A DNA stretch of 64,000 nucleotides from Flavobacteriales bacterium (GCA_016717305.1 JADKFY010000002.1:346351-410350), one strand, 5' to 3'; positions 42,077 to 51,964 are shown, counted from the stretch's first letter. Numbers and translations: made by a program. Notes: generated by a model from the letters alone, not told the origin.

Positions 42077-45000
42077 CTACTGCTTCACAAAGCGCACGTT
42101 GCCGATCGGCACACCTTTTCCTTCGAGCACCTCGAGGGCGTAGCTGCCTGATTCTAATTTACCAACAGGCACTGTGAACCGTGTGGTGCCTTCGCTATTG
42201 GTCAACGAACCTTCACCCACTTGGCGGCCGCTCATGTCCAAAATGCGCCAGCGAACCGTGCCTTCAATGGCTTTGCCCAAGGAGGCGTTCAGTGTTTCGG
42301 TGGCCGGGTTGGGGAACACGAACAAGGTGGTGGTGGTTTGGAAATGAACGTTAACGGTACGTGAGATATAGCTTGAACCATCAATGTCCACCTGTTCCAG
42401 ACGATAGTAGTTCATACCATCCTTGGGTGCCCTATCGATGAACTTGTAATCGGTGCGATCCAAGCTCGTGCCAGCGGCACTCACTCTTCCGATCGCTTCA
42501 AAATTGATGCCGTCCACGGACCGTTCAACGATGAAGTGCGAGCTGTTGACCTCTGATCCAGTTGCCCAATCCAGTTCCACATGTTTATCTATCGGTCGAC
42601 CATCAAAATCCAACATTTGGACCGGCAAGACCGTACAGCCCACAGGCCCCGTGAATGTCATCGTGAAGTTGATCGCATTGCGTGACCAGTTATCCACATA
42701 CAAGATGTACTGGGCTCCGAGCGGGGCATTGAGAAATTGAACGAAGCGATCTCCTCCGGCACCTTCAGACAAATCTCCGGAGGTCATGTTCAATCCTGTA
42801 GGTCCACCACCTGCGGCCCATGAACAACGCAACGGTGTACCCAGCGGCCCATTGGGACAACTCGGAATGCCGGAGTATGGTCCCCAAACTGCAAAGTCAT
42901 AATCCGCATAGCCACCTGGTGAAATGGTAAACGCCAAATTTCCGGCTGCCGCTGCGGTGAAACTGTACCACAATCCTACACTTTCACCTGCTAGACACCC
43001 ATCATTGCCCGAATTCAGATCCGCAACAGCACCGGAATTGGCAGGGGCTCCCGCGAGTACGGAAGAAGAACTACAGATACGGAATGCGGACAGGCAGTCA
43101 GCCGGGTTGGGCGGTGGTGCATTGCAATCCGCTGATCCAGAAGCGTTGAAACCCGGTGTTGGCCCTCCTGGAGGGCTGGAGTAAATGAGTAGTCCCAAGT
43201 TGCTTTGAAGACTGTACGAGATCTGGTTCTGGAAGCCTCCTAAGGGGAAATAATCCACTTGGAACGCCGCCCCGTTGGCAACAGGGAAACTCACGGTTCC
43301 ATTAGCGCTCACGATGGTGTAATTGGTGGGCACACCCGCCACGGTTATCCTAACATAGCCGCCATTCCATCCATCCCCACCGGAATCGAACATGCTCAGT
43401 GTGAAATAGCACGCACTAGGTGGAACGAATGGTGGCGTGTCCGTGCGGCTGACACAGAGAAAAGCATTACCCGGAACACCCGTGCTCTGATGCCAGACCC
43501 GAATGAATACCGTATTACCGGGTGTGAGCCCGGTAACGGTTCCGGCTGGCATACCCGAGTTGGTACTGCCAGCTGCCCAACAACCAACCTGCGTAAAGAC
43601 GCTGGCGCAGTTGTTGTTTATGGATGTGGTATAAATGGCGGCGGCGGCATCCGTCATTTGCGCATCATCCATATCGAGGCGCAGCTCTCCGTTTGGGGGT
43701 ACCACGGCCGTGTACCATACATCGGTGTCCGCTGGACCACCACAACCCACTGCAACCCCAGGTATCGCTCCGCCGGTCGGCGTGGCAAGGCCCGTGGTAA
43801 TACCTCGCATCAAACAGCCGTACGGTACAGGGCTGGCTAAAGCAATGGCCCCGCAGGGTTCATCGTTCGGTGGTGGCTGGGACATATAGGCACAGATCTG
43901 GAAGGTGCCGAAGCCAGTTGTCTCGCTCCACATGCGGACATACAGGACTTGCCCTGCGAAGTAGACCGAGGGTGTGAACGTAGGCATTCCAACGCCACCG
44001 TTCTGACATTGGAGGAGTATAAGCGAAGCGCATGAACCGGTTGAACAACCGGGTGCGGAACCGGGCAGAACACAAGGCGAGTAGACCGCCATGGCCATAT
44101 TGGTCAAACTTCCGGCCAAGGTGTTGATGTTCAACGTGCCTGTACTGGGAACTGTGAGCCTGAACCAAACATCGTTGTTTGCCGTACTGCAGCCAGGGTT
44201 TGGGATCACACTGTTGGTGGCATCCTGCGTATTGAAGCTCACAGGCACGCAACCAGGATTGGTAGCAATGAGCGTGGTCGGCGTACAGGGGCTGTCATTG
44301 ATCGGTGGCACCGGGTAATAAGCACACAGCGTGAAGGTACCTCCATTGGTTATGTTGTTTGATGGCCAAACCCGGATGTAGTACAACGCATTGGGAGTTA
44401 AGCCACTCATACTGATGAACGGTGACCGGTCAACACCGGGGATCAGATCACCATTGCACGCGCCTGGTACTTCGGTGAAGCCGCCTGTCACACAGCCGGT
44501 CGTACTCGTATAAAGCGTCATGGCCAGATCTGTTGCGTTGATATGGTCCACATCCAAGGCCAACGTGCCTGTGGGCGAGGCATTCGCACTGAACCATACA
44601 TCGCCGCCCGCCGGGTAACCACCACATACTGGACTAACGCTGATACCTGAAGTTCCAGATGCTCCAGCAGTTGAACCGGGCAACGTAGTGCAGGTAGGTC
44701 CCAGCCCTGTAAAGGCAACTGCACCGGGAATAGCCGGACACGGCGTGAAGAACTGATTACACGGTAAAGGAGGGGTCGTTGGGCAAGGGTCGTCTCCTGC
44801 AGAAGGGCACGCTGCTTGGCCACAGGTAATTTGTACCACAGTACCCGGGATCCCAACCGGACAAAGTGCAAAGGCAGCATTGATATTGATGAAGTAGGAA
44901 CCGGAAGTTTGCGGGGTGAAATTTACGGTGGCATGGGTACCACAGCTGTTGGCATCAAATTCCAAAATTACTGAGGTGGCTGTGGACACGGTGATCGCCG

Positions 45001-45367
45001 AACTGGCTGTGGGCGATCCACAGGTGGTGATCGTATATTGATTGCCGAAGCACATGTACATGGGTATTTTGTACTGTGTTCCGGTCAGTGTGACCGACCA
45101 GGACGCCGGGCAGCTCTCACAATTCTTCTTGTAATTCGCTGGGCTGCACAACGTCATATTGGCACCAGGTCCATTTGGTGCATTTGTCGCAGCATACGAT
45201 CCGAAAGGAGCTGCACCGGGAGACCATGGATAGATCGGTGTGGCCCAAGCAGGACCAGGTCCAACGAGGTTCGGCCCGGCCCCGTTGGTGCAACCTTGCG
45301 CTTGCACGTGATCGGTGTTCACCACGAACAATGTGAAGGCAAATAGAAGAGCGGAAAGTTGCTTCAT
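42077..45367 (-). CDS. Giant modular T9SS cargo protein, paralog 2 (1096 aa, intact)
   Basis: Signal peptide MKQLSALLFAFTLFVVNTDHVQAQG; Cys-rich N-terminal module. Four repeats share ...CGG...DVWF...P..G.L.(L/I)D.....TD.AM.VY...C....T(E/Q)V.C......P......L..G...Y(I/V)R(V/M)W.......GTF..CAY. Also present: a CYFTLSMFDSGGDGWNGG module, a conserved CL..E..G.WYSF....G.L.F.I.P....DYDFAVWGPY....CP.....P.RCSWA block, an Ig-like domain (LDWATGSEVNSSHFIVERSVDG ... NYYRLEQVDIDGSSYIS) and a T9SS sorting domain. Confidence 0.8.
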   Translation of the reverse strand: MKQLSALLFAFTLFVVNTDHVQAQGCTNGAGPNLVGPGPAWATPIYPWSPGAAPFGSYAATNAPNGPGANMTLCSPANYKKNCESCPASWSVTLTGTQYKIPMYMCFGNQYTITTCGSPTASSAITVSTATSVILEFDANSCGTHATVNFTPQTSGSYFININAAFALCPVGIPGTVVQITCGQAACPSAGDDPCPTTPPLPCNQFFTPCPAIPGAVAFTGLGPTCTTLPGSTAGASGTSGISVSPVCGGYPAGGDVWFSANASPTGTLALDVDHINATDLAMTLYTSTTGCVTGGFTEVPGACNGDLIPGVDRSPFISMSGLTPNALYYIRVWPSNNITNGGTFTLCAYYPVPPINDSPCTPTTLIATNPGCVPVSFNTQDATNSVIPNPGCSTANNDVWFRLTVPSTGTLNINTLAGSLTNMAMAVYSPCVLPGSAPGCSTGSCASLILLQCQNGGVGMPTFTPSVYFAGQVLYVRMWSETTGFGTFQICAYMSQPPPNDEPCGAIALASPVPYGCLMRGITTGLATPTGGAIPGVAVGCGGPADTDVWYTAVVPPNGELRLDMDDAQMTDAAAAIYTTSINNNCASVFTQVGCWAAGSTNSGMPAGTVTGLTPGNTVFIRVWHQSTGVPGNAFLCVSRTDTPPFVPPSACYFTLSMFDSGGDGWNGGYVRITVAGVPTNYTIVSANGTVSFPVANGAAFQVDYFPLGGFQNQISYSLQSNLGLLIYSSPPGGPTPGFNASGSADCNAPPPNPADCLSAFRICSSSSVLAGAPANSGAVADLNSGNDGCLAGESVGLWYSFTAAAAGNLAFTISPGGYADYDFAVWGPYSGIPSCPNGPLGTPLRCSWAAGGGPTGLNMTSGDLSEGAGGDRFVQFLNAPLGAQYILYVDNWSRNAINFTMTFTGPVGCTVLPVQMLDFDGRPIDKHVELDWATGSEVNSSHFIVERSVDGINFEAIGRVSAAGTSLDRTDYKFIDRAPKDGMNYYRLEQVDIDGSSYISRTVNVHFQTTTTLFVFPNPATETLNASLGKAIEGTVRWRILDMSGRQVGEGSLTNSEGTTRFTVPVGKLESGSYALEVLEGKGVPIGNVRFVKQ

Positions 45368-45379
45368 GTTCGGTTGGTA

Positions 45380-45826
45380 TTAGCGGTCGTTGGTATGGAG
45401 CGGGGCAACAGAATACGGCTGCTCAGGATGTGCGGCGTTCCAAGTGCCCACAGCGATGCGGTAGCGTTCTTGATCCTCCACCTCATTTCCAGAAACCACG
45501 TAGACCGGTGGCGCATTCGGGTCCGCAGCAGGCAAATAGGTAGAGAGGTCCGCGAGCCCTTCGCGCAATTGGAGCCCGGTGCTTTCGAGCGCTGTGCGCA
45601 TCTCGGCTTCGGAAAGCTGAGCGCTTTTCACCTGCACGATCCGCATGTCGTCGGAGTAGGTCACATTGGCCATAGGGTCGACGTTGGCGACTGCTTCGAT
45701 CATGAACTTCAGGGCCGATCGGTCAAAGGTGTCGGCCACCTCGAAGGAACGGGTCACTGGAGCCTGTGCCAAAACAGAAAAGCCCATAAGTAACAGGGCT
45801 GTTGAGAGGATTGCGCGATACCTCAT
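45380..45826 (-). CDS. Small secreted protein A (HMA-like fold + conserved C-terminal motif), 12 nt upstream of paralog 2
   Basis: Signal peptide MRYRAILSTALLLMGFSVLAQA. The central region has a ferredoxin/HMA-like pattern but lacks CxxC. C-terminal PPVYVVSGNEVEDQERYRIAVGTWNAAHPEQPY is shared with the two other small proteins. Confidence 0.6.
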   Translation of the reverse strand: MRYRAILSTALLLMGFSVLAQAPVTRSFEVADTFDRSALKFMIEAVANVDPMANVTYSDDMRIVQVKSAQLSEAEMRTALESTGLQLREGLADLSTYLPAADPNAPPVYVVSGNEVEDQERYRIAVGTWNAAHPEQPYSVAPLHTNDR

Positions 45827-46007
45827 GGTCGTATTGGAATTTAGAGTTGGCTTAAAGATAGTCGCTTTTTAACGTAAGAAGGCACCAATTTGTTCTTAAT
45901 GTGTTGATCCAACGTTCAAAACACGCATCCTATTTGGACGATAGACGGCATCATGGACCAAGGGTTGCCTAGGTGTTGAAAAGTGGGTCATTGGCAGACG
46001 AACCGGT

Positions 46008-48107
46008 CTATTGCCGTACGAACGGAACCCTTCCGACCACCTCTCCTTTCGCGTCCAGGACCTGCAGGAAATACGAGCCGGGTTCCAGCGTGGCCACAGG
46101 GAATTCCAACCTGATCTCGCCAACGTTGTTCACTTTCCTGAGCTCGTGGACCATGCGGCCACTGGCATCCATGGTACGCAGAGTGATCTGTCCTTGCAAA
46201 GGGGTGTCCAAGAAGAGCGTTGCCGAAGCTGTAACGGGGTTGGGCACCACCAGCAAACCGGTCTTGCCGGTAAGCAGGGCACTGGCCATAGGAGAGTATT
46301 GTTGGGTTCCTGAACGTCCAACGGCAAGGATCCGGTAGTAATTGATGCCCCCTTTTCGCCGTGTGGTCCTCCAGGGAGTAGTTCGTGGTAGAACTGGACT
46401 GGCCCACAGCGGGTAGTCGGCCGACATCCTCAAAGGATATTCCATCGGTGGATCGCTGTGCGATGAAGTGATCGCTTTCACGTTCGGTAGAGGTGGTCCA
46501 TTCAAGTACCACACGGTCCATCTTGGGCTTCGCTTTCAAGTTGATCTCCCCACGGAGAGAACGGTACAGTCCAAGGAAGCCCCACCGCCCAATTGCCAAG
46601 AGAGGTCGAACGCCTGTCCATTGGTTGAGAAATTATCAATGTACATGATGTAGATCTGCCCGGTAGTCGCGGTAATAGGAGCTACCCAGCGGTCGCCGAA
46701 TGCATCTTCGGAATTGTCCACTGACCCATTGCCTGCCCCGGTGCTGCCTGTGGGTGCCGCGTAGGAGCAGCGCAAAGGCGGACCGGGCGGTGGGCAACTT
46801 ACGGAGGCCATTGGTCCCCAAACGGCAAAATCGTAGTCCGTGGCCACAATCGGTGCTATAGTGAAGCCGATGCTGCCGCCGGCACTGGGTGAGAAGTAGT
46901 ACCATGTACCTTGCCGTTCACCGGCCAACAGACAGCCCGCGTTGGTGCCGTCCAGATCCACAACATTGCCGGTGTTGGCACTGTTGTTATTGAAGGACTG
47001 GCCCCCGCAAATGGTGGCCCCGCCAGCACAATCCTGCGGTGCAGCAGGCGGTGGTTGGCAATTGATGGTTTGTGTGAAGGAGATCCCCGCAGCGGGTGAG
47101 GTACCGGATTGGAAGAGTTGACCCCCGCCTCCGCTGATACTGAGGCTATACCGGTTCTCGTATTGGAAAGGACCGGAGTTGTTATAAGTAAGTACGATCA
47201 CCTGCCCAATATTGACCCCGATAAGCACTTGCCTTGAGTACCCGGTAACCGAATAATAGGTGAATGCTCCCCCGTTGATGCTGACCCCGACATTGGACGA
47301 ACCCCAACCATCGCCGAACGAATCGAAAAGGCTGAGCACGTAAACGCAATCGCCTGCTGGAGGAGGAACGGGCGGAGCACAGGAAATACTTGCCGTCCAA
47401 CCCGGGTAGGGGATGCTCCCATCCGAAGAAAAGCCCAGCGTTAAACAGCCACTGGGGTCGGTGGATGTAAAGGGTCCGGGACTACCGGTTCCACTGAAGG
47501 AACCCAAGGGAGGAGACCCGGCGTTGGGGCCATTGAATATCGTAACGATATCGAAGTTCGCTTCGGTACTGAATTGCGAAAAGGTCATGGTGACCACATC
47601 TCCGGGTGTTGAAGGGCAGTAGGTGGTGTACGTGGTGCTGTTGTTGGCATAGTTGCCAGCGGCGCCGCCGCTATCGTAAATGGTGGAGCCACATGCGGGC
47701 GGTGGCGGCACGAGCGGTGCGCACGAGATATTGATGGCCCAGCCGGCGTAGTTGATCGAAAGATCGGAGGTGAACCAGAGCGTTACACAGCCCCCTGCCA
47801 CGGTACCGGAAATGGCGGGTGGAAGTCCGGTTCCGTCGAACAGACCCAGCATTGGTGCCGCGTTGGTCGCACCATCATGAATGGAAAGTTGATCGTACCC
47901 AGCTTCCGTATTGAATGCGGTAAAGGTGAGCGTGACCACTTGGCCCGCGGGTGCGCAGTAGGTCCATGTATAGTTTTCGTTGGCCCCGTAATTGCCTCCT
48001 GCACCACCGGTATCATAAACGGTGGTACCGCATTGTGCCATCATGGAAACTTGTGCGGCGCAGCCGGCTAAGCAGCACAGAAGAAGGGTGCGTGCATAGT
48101 TATTCAT
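46008..48107 (-). pseudogene. Giant modular T9SS cargo protein, paralog 3 (two N-terminal CUB-like domains), C-terminus split by two single-base homopolymer frameshifts
   Basis: Track ORF 46536..48107 (523 aa) carries two CUB-like domains (CGTTVYDTGGAGGNYGANENYTWTYC ... ; CGSTIYDSGGAAGNYANNSTTYTTYC ...). It ends ...GGASLDCTVLSVGRST*. The Ig-like domain continues in a second frame (VLEWTTSTERESDHFIAQRSTDG..., ORF 45988..46599) and the T9SS sorting domain in a third (GINYYRIL ... LLVVPNPVTASATLF ... GSYFLQVLDAKGEVVGRVPFVRQ, ORF 46008..46514). One extra C in the C4 run at 46548-46551 and one fewer in the C5 run at 46348-46352 restore a single frame matching the paralogs. Confidence 0.7.
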
Positions 48108-48561
48108 AGGGCACAGGTTGAATGTTGCGTTGTGCCTGTCTTAGCGCATCGTGAGCTTCGGGGTTTTCCAAGCGCCACGCTTGTTTTGCTTGTACAAAAG
48201 CCGCTTCATCCGCATCGGGGTGGCCTGTATCCAAGTATTGAGGGAACGGGGATCCCACCTCCACTGTTCCTTGCTTTACGGACCGGTGGGAAGGGTCATG
48301 GGTGAAGGTACCCTGCTCCAACCTGTTCAACGTCTTTTCCGTTCGCGAAGGAAGGATACGGCTGTCCATACGAACCTTGAGTTGTGTCTCTTGGATGGAA
48401 ACCATCGCCTGTGGGTCCAAGGAAGCGATCGCTGCACGGACGAATTTCTCGGCTGGACGAATGTCCACCGAGCAATTGAACCGATGCACCACTGTTGCCC
48501 CCTGCGCAAAGGACAGGAATGGGATCAGTGACAAAATGAAGATAAAGTAGGGTCTCATCAT
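48100..48561 (-). CDS. Small secreted protein B (HMA-like fold + conserved C-terminal motif), overlapping the start of paralog 3 by 8 nt
   Basis: Signal peptide MMRPYFIFILSLIPFLSFAQG (internal Met of track ORF 48100..48597). C-terminal FPQYLDTGHPDADEAAFVQAKQAWRLENPEAHDAL. Confidence 0.6.
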   Translation of the reverse strand: MMRPYFIFILSLIPFLSFAQGATVVHRFNCSVDIRPAEKFVRAAIASLDPQAMVSIQETQLKVRMDSRILPSRTEKTLNRLEQGTFTHDPSHRSVKQGTVEVGSPFPQYLDTGHPDADEAAFVQAKQAWRLENPEAHDALRQAQRNIQPVPYE

Positions 48562-48597
48562 GCGAACTTGGATCGTTTCCCCCCGAAAAACATGCAC

Positions 48598-49171
48598 AAT
48601 ATAGGAAAATGTTGTTTCGTGCTTTCACGTTTCCGACCACAGTAGTTGAACGTATCGAGCGGCCCGAGTGAAAAGCGTCCTTCCATTGGAAAGACGCATG
48701 TGGTTCGAAAAGGTTGCCAGCAAGCGTCTTGGACGCGTTCGTGCACCATGCGCATTGGTGTAAACCTAAGATGCTCAGAAAGCCGGTTATCCCCAGCGCT
48801 TTTGAGCCTTGCAAGGGCAACATAGCACAGCGATGGGCCTTCGCCCATTGTTCCAGAATGACGCGACGTTTCCAAGCCCTGGAAGGGCGAAATAGCACGG
48901 ACCTCCTAGATCTATTGGAGCGTATTGGCGTGGAACTATTACGCCCCTGTAGGGCTCCAAAGAACATTGCCTGCGCAAAACGATGGGTTGATCCCGCAGT
49001 CCGATACGACTGGCTGCGGGACCATCGCTTAGCTATGCCGGCCTCTCAGGGCTGTCCTTCAGGTAGTAACCCGCTCTTAGGTATACGCCAATGTGTACAA
49101 TGCGGGAGCACCGGGACCAGTGCGGACGAGGAGCGGGGAACGGACAGTTCAACCCAAGGCCACCGTATCGG
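48598..49171. promoter_or_regulatory. 575-bp non-coding spacer between cassette units with repeated motifs and palindromes (probable promoter/regulatory region for unit B)
   Basis: Two copies of a 26-nt motif, gccttgcaagggcaacatagcacagcg (about 48801) and gccctggaagggcgaaatagcacggac (about 48876). Also a palindrome atgggccttcgcccat (about 48826) and an inverted repeat cccgcag ... ctgcggg (about 48985-49015). No convincing ORF. Confidence 0.3.
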
Positions 49172-51139
49172 CTAACTTTTCTGGAAGCGCGCAGTGCCTG
49201 GTGCACTGCCATCGGGAAGGGAAAGGCGCACCAAATAGGTCCCTTGCACCAACTCGCCGATCTCCATCATCAGGAGACCGTCATCCAGTATGTTCATTTT
49301 CCGCTTCAGCACGATACGCCCGGTGAGGTCGAGCACTTCCACAACTGCCGTGCCCGTTACATGTTTCGGGGAAAGGATCTGTATGCGGTCCGTTGCTGGA
49401 TTGGGTACTACGCGGATCGCATTTTCCGAATGTAGGATCATGGCGGTGACCACGGGTGAGTATTCGAAACTACCGTCAAGATCGAGCTGCTTGACCCTGT
49501 AATAGTTCAAACCTGCGTATGGTGTGCGGTCCACGAGATCGTAATTGATCCGCTCTCTGGACTCACCAGCAGCGTCCATTTGCCCGATGGGGCTGAAAGA
49601 AATGTTATCGGAGGAGCGTTCCACGATGTAGGATGCGGAACCCCTTTCGGTAACGGTGGTCCATTCCACGAGTACTTCTTCTCCAACCGCAGTTGCCCTC
49701 ATGTCCACCAATTCAATGGGCAGCACATTGCAGTCCAACGATGCCCCGCCGGAGAGGCTCCAATTCAGGGTGAATGCTTGTCCGGTAATGTCGAAATTGT
49801 CGATGTACATGACGTACTTCTGCCCGGCGGTCACCGTGATGGCGGACGTGAATCCATCCACTGTGCTCATGGACCCATCACCCTCACTGGGGTCGCTTGA
49901 CGTGGTGCGCATACCGAGCTCGAAAGCGGAATTGGCGGGGTAGCCGGCCACGTTGGGAGGATAGGCCCAAGAGCAGCGCAAAGGTGGATCCGGCGGAGGG
50001 CAGGCAATGGTGTTATAGGGCCCCCAAATAGCGAAGTCATAGTCCACGTTCCCGGTCGGTGCAATGATGAGTCCGATAGTGCCGCTCACCGAGGGTGAGA
50101 AGAAGTACCAGGTCCCTTGTCGTTCATTCCCCATGAGGCAGCCACGGTTGGTCCCTGAGAGGTCTGATGTGCACCCGGTGTAGTCCGTGGAGTTGTTCAA
50201 TTGTTGATCACCGCAAACGGTATAGCCGCCTGAACAATCTTCTTGTGGTGTGGCAAAGTTGCTGATGCTGCCGACACATAGACCGAAGGTGCCAGTGGCG
50301 CCTGAGCGGCCCCAATAGCGGATCATGTAGGGTGCATTGGGGGTCAAGGTGAGGCAGCGCCGATCGATCCTTGGCATTCTCCCGACGCCATCATCGTCGT
50401 CACATTCCACATTGGCAAAGGAGGTGCAGTTGCCTGATACGAGCTGCATGACGCCGTCCTGCAAGGTGCCCGGCACAGAATTGATGATCACCACGCCATT
50501 GGAGGGTGCGGTGAAGCTGAACCAGACATCGCGGGAATTGGCATTGTTCCACGTACCGCCGCATGTCGGGTTGGGCGTTTGCGTGGAACGTGAAGCCCCC
50601 ACATTGGAATAGGTCTGCATGAAACAGCCATCGAGCACAAGCAAGGGGATGGCACCGCTGCATTCGTTGTTGGTCACTGCAGGTGGTGTGGTGGCGCAGG
50701 TAATGATCAGTGTTGCGCATAGGTTATTGCTCGCACAATTGTACCGATCAACCAGCACCCTCAATTGCCCGGTGAAGGTTGCGGTCCAGACCAGGTAGGA
50801 TGTGACACCTCCGCAGTAGCCACTATCGTCATTGAAGCCCAGACTTCCGCCGCCCGCATTGTTGTAGATCGTGATCTGGGTATCGAAGGGTGCACCGCAG
50901 GTGGAGAACGTATAGTTGCGACCTGTGGTCACGTTCACCAGAGCGTATTCTCCCCCGGTAATACACGAGATCGTTGTTTGGCCCGGGCAGTTCGGCGATA
51001 TGGTACCACCGGCCAGCAACGTATTGTTATTCGTGCACTGCCCAAAGCTGCCGATGTTCGAGGAGGCGATCACCAATGCCAGTAACAGTGCGGTTGGGAG
51101 CACCAATGGGCCGGCTTGGAAATTGGTCTGTGTTCGCAT
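49172..51139 (-). CDS. Giant modular T9SS cargo protein, paralog 4 (655 aa, intact)
   Basis: Signal peptide; N-terminal Cys-rich module; two PPC-like repeats. The conserved block reads DCSGGYTVCGDQQL ... RGCLMGNERQGTWYFFSPSVSGTIGLIIAPTGNVDYDFAIWGPYNTIACPPPDPPLRCSWA. An Ig-like domain and a T9SS sorting domain follow (... GTYLVRLSLPDGSAPGTARFQKS). Confidence 0.8.
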   Translation of the reverse strand: MRTQTNFQAGPLVLPTALLLALVIASSNIGSFGQCTNNNTLLAGGTISPNCPGQTTISCITGGEYALVNVTTGRNYTFSTCGAPFDTQITIYNNAGGGSLGFNDDSGYCGGVTSYLVWTATFTGQLRVLVDRYNCASNNLCATLIITCATTPPAVTNNECSGAIPLLVLDGCFMQTYSNVGASRSTQTPNPTCGGTWNNANSRDVWFSFTAPSNGVVIINSVPGTLQDGVMQLVSGNCTSFANVECDDDDGVGRMPRIDRRCLTLTPNAPYMIRYWGRSGATGTFGLCVGSISNFATPQEDCSGGYTVCGDQQLNNSTDYTGCTSDLSGTNRGCLMGNERQGTWYFFSPSVSGTIGLIIAPTGNVDYDFAIWGPYNTIACPPPDPPLRCSWAYPPNVAGYPANSAFELGMRTTSSDPSEGDGSMSTVDGFTSAITVTAGQKYVMYIDNFDITGQAFTLNWSLSGGASLDCNVLPIELVDMRATAVGEEVLVEWTTVTERGSASYIVERSSDNISFSPIGQMDAAGESRERINYDLVDRTPYAGLNYYRVKQLDLDGSFEYSPVVTAMILHSENAIRVVPNPATDRIQILSPKHVTGTAVVEVLDLTGRIVLKRKMNILDDGLLMMEIGELVQGTYLVRLSLPDGSAPGTARFQKS

Positions 51140-51148
51140 CGCAGGGTC

Positions 51149-51652
51149 CTATGGTGTGTCGCAAGGCGCGCTCAATATCAATTGCTCGTACGCTTCGGGA
51201 TAGCGGTCGATCCAGCGTGACTTTTCCGTGTCATAGGTTGCGGCATCCTGATCGGGGTTGCCGGTGTCGGGGTAGACGGGAAAAGGTTCAGCGGCAGGTA
51301 GCGGTGCGGGCCCGTTGGCGGTATCGCGAAGGGTGATAAGGCGCATGCCGGCCACCTCCAATGCGGCACCCATTTGGCCATAGCTAAGCGGGTACGGTGG
51401 TGAGATGAGCAAGTGCGTGGGTTCGCGGAGGAATTCGATCTCCGATCCCGGGAAGGAATTCAAGAGGGCAGAGAGCACCGGCTTGGTAGCACGATCCATG
51501 TTGCCGGTCCCCAAGATCATTTCATACACGGGAGCACCGGTCCCTTGAGCTTGAACACTGCTGTACACGCCCATGGTCAAGACGAGGCACAAGACCTTTA
51601 CGGAACGCGCAACGTGCCAGTGGGATGGGGAGAAAGTGCACAAATGTGTCAT
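51149..51652 (-). CDS. Small secreted protein C (HMA-like fold + conserved C-terminal motif), 9 nt upstream of paralog 4
   Basis: Hydrophobic signal-like N-terminus (... VKVLCLVLTMGVYSSVQAQG). C-terminal FPVYPDTGNPDQDAATYDTEKSRWIDRYPEAYEQL. Confidence 0.6.
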   Translation of the reverse strand: MTHLCTFSPSHWHVARSVKVLCLVLTMGVYSSVQAQGTGAPVYEMILGTGNMDRATKPVLSALLNSFPGSEIEFLREPTHLLISPPYPLSYGQMGAALEVAGMRLITLRDTANGPAPLPAAEPFPVYPDTGNPDQDAATYDTEKSRWIDRYPEAYEQLILSAPCDTP

Positions 51653-51964
51653 CTTCAGTTGACCCTCATACGGTGGATATGGACAAGACGTTACATTTTG
51701 GCGATAGTTGCTTTATAATCAACGTTGGAACAACGAATTTCATCGACGGAGTAAATCTTGCCTCATGAAAGGTGCTCAAATTCACCACTTGGCCCTAATT
51801 TATTCGGGCAGAAATTGATGTATAACGTAGCAATGATGATATCCGAATGGAGGTCAAATGAATTCCGTCAAAAGAGGAATTTATGGCCAACCACGTGCCA
51901 TGAGCACGAAGGAGCACCGTGCCGCGTTGATAGCGCGGACCTAAACACTACGGTCTATTGGGGG

